Source of the DNA: Nitrosospira multiformis ATCC 25196
Lineage (GTDB): Bacteria; Pseudomonadota; Gammaproteobacteria; Burkholderiales; Nitrosomonadaceae
Assembly (NCBI RefSeq): GCF_000196355.1
Contig: NC_007614.1
Location: forward strand, 2,730,001 to 2,762,000
DNA length: 32,000 nucleotides
Reading direction: 5' to 3'
Part shown: positions 27,022 to 32,000 of the stretch, piece by piece
Layout: each line of letters begins with the position of its first letter
Position numbering within the stretch: position 1 is the first letter of the stretch
Translations under genes and position numbers: made by a program
The notes under the pieces: generated by a model
Databases searched by the model: none
The model's input: the letters and a program-made list of their open reading frames with translations, nothing else
Told to the model about the DNA's origin: nothing

Positions 27022-27915
27022 ATGGCATCAGCAAAATACCTCTCCATTTTTTCTCCCGCAACGAAGCAGCAAAGACGGGAAAACTTTGATAACTATTGGG
27101 AATTTACCCAGCAACATGGCGGACAATTCTTCGAGGATGACAAAGACCTGGAAAAAAAGCGCGCCAGACTCAAGCATTTTCGCGATCATCCAGTCACCTT
27201 GCGCCAGCCGCTTGCCAATCCTGAGGCGTTTTATCGTAATTATGTCGAGATGCAGGATGATCCTTCATCCCTGGATCGCACGACGCTAATGTTGACATGT
27301 ATCTACAAATTCGCAAGACATGAATGGGTAGGAATAAAGGCTGCCTGGGATGCCGTTCCCGCCATGGCCTCTTCATGCACGGTGGAAGATAAAATCAGCC
27401 GGGTGCATTTGGCGGAAGAGTTCTGCCATATACGGCTTTTTGATGAAATGTTGCGCACCTGTGGCCTTGATAGGGTGGAATGGGTACCTTTAGACCCGAT
27501 CAAGGAAAAGATTTACGAGCAGTTTCCTAAATTCCCGGAACTTTTGATGGCTCCTCCCGCTTTTGTGACTGAATTGATGGGAGTAACTTTTTATTGTCAT
27601 TTGTACCGACTGTTCGATGAGGTATTGGTCGAGGAACCCGAAGTTTGTCAGCGGCTAAAAGAACTGCTGGATGAAATTACCATTGATGAGGTAGCGCATG
27701 TAGGGCAGCGCAGAAATTTTATCGGACCGATAGGCATGAAAATATCGAAAGCACTGCTCAAGCCGTTTTATATATTGTTTTTTAATGATATCCCTGAAAT
27801 CAGGCAATTGCTCAATGTGAACCGGATGATCAAGGATGGTATTACCTTTGATTTTAATCAATTGCCCGCCCATATAATCCAGCGCAGCTGGGTTCCCTCA
27901 TACTGCAAAACCTGA
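27022..27915 (+). CDS. Ferritin-like (di-iron carboxylate) protein of unknown function
   Basis: Helical protein with two ExxH motifs, 'HLAEEFCHIRLFDEML' and 'DEITIDEVAHVGQRR', plus an acidic residue in 'FARHEW', as in ferritin-like di-iron folds. Confidence 0.75.
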   Translation: MASAKYLSIFSPATKQQRRENFDNYWEFTQQHGGQFFEDDKDLEKKRARLKHFRDHPVTLRQPLANPEAFYRNYVEMQDDPSSLDRTTLMLTCIYKFARHEWVGIKAAWDAVPAMASSCTVEDKISRVHLAEEFCHIRLFDEMLRTCGLDRVEWVPLDPIKEKIYEQFPKFPELLMAPPAFVTELMGVTFYCHLYRLFDEVLVEEPEVCQRLKELLDEITIDEVAHVGQRRNFIGPIGMKISKALLKPFYILFFNDIPEIRQLLNVNRMIKDGITFDFNQLPAHIIQRSWVPSYCKT

Positions 27916-28060
27916 AAACAGTAGTGGCAGGATGAGCCGGTATCCTGTCCCAGCACTATCCGCCCCCCACACATCGCTACCGCAAACTCTCACATTACTC
28001 AGGCACGGGACAAAATGAAAAAGGGCGTTCTGTTATGTAGTTGGATGCAGCGGTGATTGA

Positions 28061-29752
28061 TCAGTGACCGTCTGCTTCCCCGGCCGAAAGCAGCATCTCC
28101 GCAGCATGGCTACGAGTCGTATCTGTAATTTTCGTCCCCCCGAGCATGCGCGCAATTTCCTCGACCCGCTCCTGTCTGTCGAGCGCAACGATACGGCTTG
28201 TCACTTTTCCTCCACTTGCAGAATCAGCTGATTTGCTCACCCGCCATTGCTGATCTCCGGCGGATGCCACTTGCGCCAAGTGGGTGATGCACAACACCTG
28301 CCGCTCCCGGCCCAGCCTTTTCAGCAGGGTGCCGACGATTTCTGCCACCCGCCCGCCGATCCCTACATCCACCTCGTCAAAGATCAAGGTGGGAACCGTA
28401 CCGAGCTTGGCAGTAATCACGCTGATCGCCAGACCGATACGCGATAATTCCCCCCCTGATGCGACCTTTGCGAGGGGACGCAATGGCAGGGTCTTGTGGG
28501 CCGCAACCTGAAACTCGATCTGTTCCAGGCCGTGTAACGTTCCCTGCTCGAGAGGCAGCAATGCCGCGGAAAATTCACCCCCGGCCATCGCCAGCGTTTG
28601 CATTGCGGCCGTAACCTGTTGACTCAAGGTACTGGCAGCGCCTGACCTCTCGATAGTCAATTTTTTTGCAAGTTCACTATATTCACTGCTCGCAACGGCT
28701 TCTTCCCTTGCCAGGGATTCCCCATCTCCCTTATGCCCCAATGCTTGCAGCCGTTCGGTAAAGCCTTTCAACAGTTCAGGCAGTTCTTCCGGCGTCACCC
28801 GATATTTCCGTGCTGCGGTATGAATCTCCGCCAACCGTTCCTCGACCTCCGACAAGCGCTGCGGATCCAGTTCCAGCCGCTGCTGGTAGCGGCCCAGCTC
28901 ATACACCGCTTCCTGCAACTGGATCTGACCCGGTTCAAGCAAATCGAGAACCGCTTTCAGGGTCTGGTCGTAATCCACCATTTGATGCAACCGGGAAATC
29001 ACCGAGTTGATCTGCGAGAGGACTGCAAATTCACCCTCGGACAGCGCTTCGAGCCCTGCCTGCGCCGTCGCCAGCAGACTGGCGGCATTGGACAAGCGGC
29101 TGTGTTCGGCCTGCAGGCTTTCCCATTCATCATTCGAGAAATTCAGGGTCGAAAGCTCATTGACCTGCCACTCCAGTTCTTCACGCTCACGCACGAAAGC
29201 AGCTGCATTCTGCTCCCATGCCTCGCGCTGCTGCCGCGCTGTCTGCCACCGACGGTACGCTTCCGCCACTTGCCTCGCCAACGGCTTGCTTCCGGCATAG
29301 GAATCGAGCAACTCACGCTGCACTTCACTGCGCAACATGGACTGATGAACGTGCTGCCCCTGAATGTCTACGAGATTTTCCCCGATCGCCCGCAATTGTT
29401 GCAAAGTAGCGGAGTTTCCATTGATGAAACTGCGCGAGCGCCCACCTGCGTCCACCAACCTGCGCAGCAGGCAGACACCCTCTTCTTCCGTGTTTTCGAA
29501 TCCGTTTTCATGCAACCAGGCAATCACCTCGGGCAAGTCCGCTACCTCGAATCCCGCGCTGATTTCCGCCCGCTCGCAGCCGTTACGAACCGCACTCGCA
29601 TCGCTCCTCTCCCCCAGCACGAGTGAGAGTGCATCAATCAGAATGGATTTGCCGGCGCCGGTTTCCCCGGTAAGGACGGTAAAACCGGGAGCAAATTCCA
29701 GGTCTATCCTATCAACGATGACAAAATCGCGAATACCAAGAAACTTCAACAT
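28061..29752 (-). CDS. recN: DNA repair protein RecN
   Basis: 'MLKFLGIRDFVIVDRIDLEFAPGFTVLTGETGAGKSILIDAL', 'NLVDIQGQHVHQSML', 'ASGGELSRIGLAISVI', 'TLIFDEVDVGIGGRVAEIVG'. Confidence 0.96.
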   Translation of the reverse strand: MLKFLGIRDFVIVDRIDLEFAPGFTVLTGETGAGKSILIDALSLVLGERSDASAVRNGCERAEISAGFEVADLPEVIAWLHENGFENTEEEGVCLLRRLVDAGGRSRSFINGNSATLQQLRAIGENLVDIQGQHVHQSMLRSEVQRELLDSYAGSKPLARQVAEAYRRWQTARQQREAWEQNAAAFVREREELEWQVNELSTLNFSNDEWESLQAEHSRLSNAASLLATAQAGLEALSEGEFAVLSQINSVISRLHQMVDYDQTLKAVLDLLEPGQIQLQEAVYELGRYQQRLELDPQRLSEVEERLAEIHTAARKYRVTPEELPELLKGFTERLQALGHKGDGESLAREEAVASSEYSELAKKLTIERSGAASTLSQQVTAAMQTLAMAGGEFSAALLPLEQGTLHGLEQIEFQVAAHKTLPLRPLAKVASGGELSRIGLAISVITAKLGTVPTLIFDEVDVGIGGRVAEIVGTLLKRLGRERQVLCITHLAQVASAGDQQWRVSKSADSASGGKVTSRIVALDRQERVEEIARMLGGTKITDTTRSHAAEMLLSAGEADGH

Positions 29753-29768
29753 AGAAACTCCACAGCGT

Positions 29769-30653
29769 TCAGGTCGGATTTCTGGGGAGACCGCTCCAAC
29801 CCAGTTTCTCCCGCAACATGCGGTAGTAACTATGGTCGGAAGGATGCAGCAACGTTACCCTATGAGGCGAGCGCCGAACCATTACCTTGTCGTTTTCCTC
29901 CAGGTCGAAATGAGAATGGCTGTCGAAATGAACACGTGCAACCGCTGTACGCTGCATCAGGATTTCCACCGCCGCATCCGGCCCGACAACGATCGGACGA
30001 TTACTCAATGTATGCGGACTGACCGGCACCAGCGCAACCAGATCGAGGCTCGGATGGAGTATGGGACCGCCTGCCGACAACGCATACGCCGTCGAGCCCG
30101 TTGGCGTGGCAACAATCAGGCCGTCGGAACGCAGCAAACAAACATATTCATCATTGATGCGCACTTCAAATTCGATCATGTTGCCGCCGATTCCCCGGTT
30201 GACAGCCACGTCGTTCAGCGCCAGACCACCGAAGGTGGTGACATTGCTGCGCGCCACCTCCGCGTAGAGCAGCATGCGCTGTTCCGTAATATATCGACCT
30301 TCGAGTATGGCACCAAGCGTTTGCTGCATGGTAACAATGGACAGGTCTGTAAGAAAGCCGAGGCGTCCCTGATTGATGCCGACCAGCGGCACATTGAAGG
30401 GCGCAAGCTTCCGCGCGATATTGAGCATGGTACCGTCCCCGCCCAGGACGATTGCGAGGTCGGCGCGGCTGCCAATCTCCTCCATGGCTACAGCTGGATA
30501 GCTGTCCTCATCCATGCTTGCAGCGGTGAGGTTGTCGAGCAGCACGGTCAGGTTCCGGCTTTGCAGATAGCGCGCCAAACTCGACAACGGTGTTACGATG
30601 CCGGGGTTCTTGTGCTTGCCTATCAGTGCTATTGTCTGGAAGGAAGAACTCAT
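29769..30653 (-). CDS. nadK: NAD kinase
   Basis: 'LAIVLGGDGTMLNIAR' GGDGT motif, 'LVGINQGRLGFLTD', 'LIVATPTGSTAYALSAGGPI'. Met at 30653 (MSSSFQTIALIGKHKNPG) is preferred over the ORF-track start at 30746. Confidence 0.94.
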   Translation of the reverse strand: MSSSFQTIALIGKHKNPGIVTPLSSLARYLQSRNLTVLLDNLTAASMDEDSYPAVAMEEIGSRADLAIVLGGDGTMLNIARKLAPFNVPLVGINQGRLGFLTDLSIVTMQQTLGAILEGRYITEQRMLLYAEVARSNVTTFGGLALNDVAVNRGIGGNMIEFEVRINDEYVCLLRSDGLIVATPTGSTAYALSAGGPILHPSLDLVALVPVSPHTLSNRPIVVGPDAAVEILMQRTAVARVHFDSHSHFDLEENDKVMVRRSPHRVTLLHPSDHSYYRMLREKLGWSGLPRNPT

Positions 30654-30907
30654 TCTATTGAATACCTTAGCTGCTTCTGCTATCTCCGAGCCGCGAAATG
30701 GCTCTTCTCCTGCCGAGATTAAACCATATCGGCAGGAAGGTGACAAAGGGTTCCCATGGAAGGATCGGCCTTCCCGCCGACTCTATCCTGCTCATGCCGC
30801 AAATCCTTATGGAATCTTTTCACTCGATTGAAGCTCAAAAGATGAGGTGCTGTTCCTTTTCGCGGGAACAGAAGGCTTAAAATGAAATCCTGGTGTAGAA
30901 TATCCGA

Positions 30908-31927
30908 ATGCTGAACAAACGCGCACAGATTTTGCTTAAGACCCTGGTGGAACGCTATATAAGCGAAGGCCAGCCGGTGGGGTCGCGCTCGCTCTCAAAA
31001 TTTTCCGGGCTGGACCTCAGCGCGGCCACGATTCGAAATGTAATGGCGGATCTCGAGGACATGGGCCTGGTTGCCAGCCCCCATGCCTCTGCCGGCCGCA
31101 TACCTACTCATCAGGGCTATCGCTTTTTTGTGGATACGCTGCTGGTGGTCAAACCTCTGGATGTCATCGAGATTCATCAATTGCAGGATCAACTCCATCC
31201 GGATAATCCTTCACGGTTGATCAACTCCGCCTCGCAATTGCTCGCCGAACTCACCCGCTTTGCCGGAGTAGTAGTCAGCCCCAAGCGCAATAGCGCCATA
31301 TTCCGTTATATAGAATTCATGTCGCTGTCGGAAAAACGCGTTCTGCTCATCATTGTCACCCCGGAAGGAGACGTTCAAAATCGCGTGCTTTTCACCGACA
31401 GGAATTACAGTCAGTCTGAACTGACGGAAGCGGCGAATTTCATCAACCACAATTATGCCGGTTGCGCCATTGATGAGATCCGCACCCGCCTGCAAAGTGA
31501 ACTCAAGCAGTTGCGCCAGGACATGACCTCGTTGATGACCGCCGCCATCGATGCGGGCGATGCGGCAATCAGAGAAAACAGCGAGGCTGTAATAGTGGCT
31601 GGTGAGCGCAAGCTTCTGGATGTGCAGGATTTATCCAGCAATATGGCAAGCCTGAAAAAGCTGTTCGACTTGTTCGAACGCAAGACCGCGTTGCTGCAGT
31701 TGCTGGAATTCAGCCGCAAGGCGGAAGGTGTGCAAATCTTTATCGGGGAAGAATGCGGAGTCGTCACCATGGATGAATTCAGCGTTGTTACGGCACCTTA
31801 CAGGGTGGATGGGAAAATGGTCGGTACGGTTGCCGTCATCGGCCCTACCCGGATGGCTTACGAGCGTGTCATTCCTGTCGTGGATATGACGGCAAGGCTG
31901 CTGTCGAGCGCATTGTCCCTGCATTAA
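30908..31927 (+). CDS. hrcA: Heat-inducible transcriptional repressor HrcA
   Basis: '[79 protein letters not shown]' and '[30 protein letters not shown]'. Confidence 0.96.
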   Translation: MLNKRAQILLKTLVERYISEGQPVGSRSLSKFSGLDLSAATIRNVMADLEDMGLVASPHASAGRIPTHQGYRFFVDTLLVVKPLDVIEIHQLQDQLHPDNPSRLINSASQLLAELTRFAGVVVSPKRNSAIFRYIEFMSLSEKRVLLIIVTPEGDVQNRVLFTDRNYSQSELTEAANFINHNYAGCAIDEIRTRLQSELKQLRQDMTSLMTAAIDAGDAAIRENSEAVIVAGERKLLDVQDLSSNMASLKKLFDLFERKTALLQLLEFSRKAEGVQIFIGEECGVVTMDEFSVVTAPYRVDGKMVGTVAVIGPTRMAYERVIPVVDMTARLLSSALSLH

Positions 31928-32000
31928 TTAAGAATCTTCGGAATCCTCCCGCCGTGATTTCCCCTGGGTCTGCTCTCCATCAGGACATATCCAGCCGGAC

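Noticed and set aside
28733-29626. 297-aa plus-strand ORF
   Set aside because: Entirely antisense to recN, with no recognisable domain.
29364-30722. 452-aa plus-strand ORF
   Set aside because: Antisense shadow of recN/nadK, whose products are unmistakable. The translated shadow has low-plausibility composition.
30654-30907. CIRCE element (TTAGCACTC-N9-GAGTGCTAA) expected near heat-shock repressor targets
   Set aside because: I looked for it upstream of hrcA and did not see it. HrcA may regulate groE/dnaK elsewhere.
1-32000. CRISPR arrays, tRNA/rRNA genes, toxin-antitoxin or retron-like modules
   Set aside because: No regularly spaced repeat array, no cloverleaf or rRNA sequence, and no reverse transcriptase, Cas or defence-type effector motifs were found by reading the sequence and ORF track.

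Overview
This 32 kb window reads as a betaproteobacterial chromosome segment (family-level impression only, not proven). It has three parts. (1) About 0.5-15.9 kb is a plus-strand, tightly packed surface-glycan cluster. It holds an ABC-2 permease and a Wzt-type ATPase with a C-terminal extension, a methyltransferase-glycosyltransferase fusion, further GT4, GT2 and RgpF-domain glycosyltransferases, a methyltransferase and sugar epimerases. An IS3-family (IS2-like) element interrupts the cluster, and its exact ends and 5-bp target duplication can be read from the sequence. (2) About 15.9-25.1 kb carries arfB, a receiver-only response regulator next to a membrane histidine kinase, an esterase, a transglutaminase-like protein, darP, pmbA, a PGM-like hypothetical and a LuxR-type regulator with no luxI in the window. 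(3) About 25.1-32 kb carries xthA, folE, an uncharacterised ferritin-like di-iron protein, recN, nadK and hrcA. At the left edge is hemP with a readable promoter and Fur-like box. I found no clear undescribed defence or RNA system. The best second-look items are the IS insertion into the 5' end of a glycosyltransferase gene, the near-perfect 19-nt palindrome and repeated AGCGGGAAT motifs upstream of the luxR-type gene, the two-component pair, and the di-iron protein.
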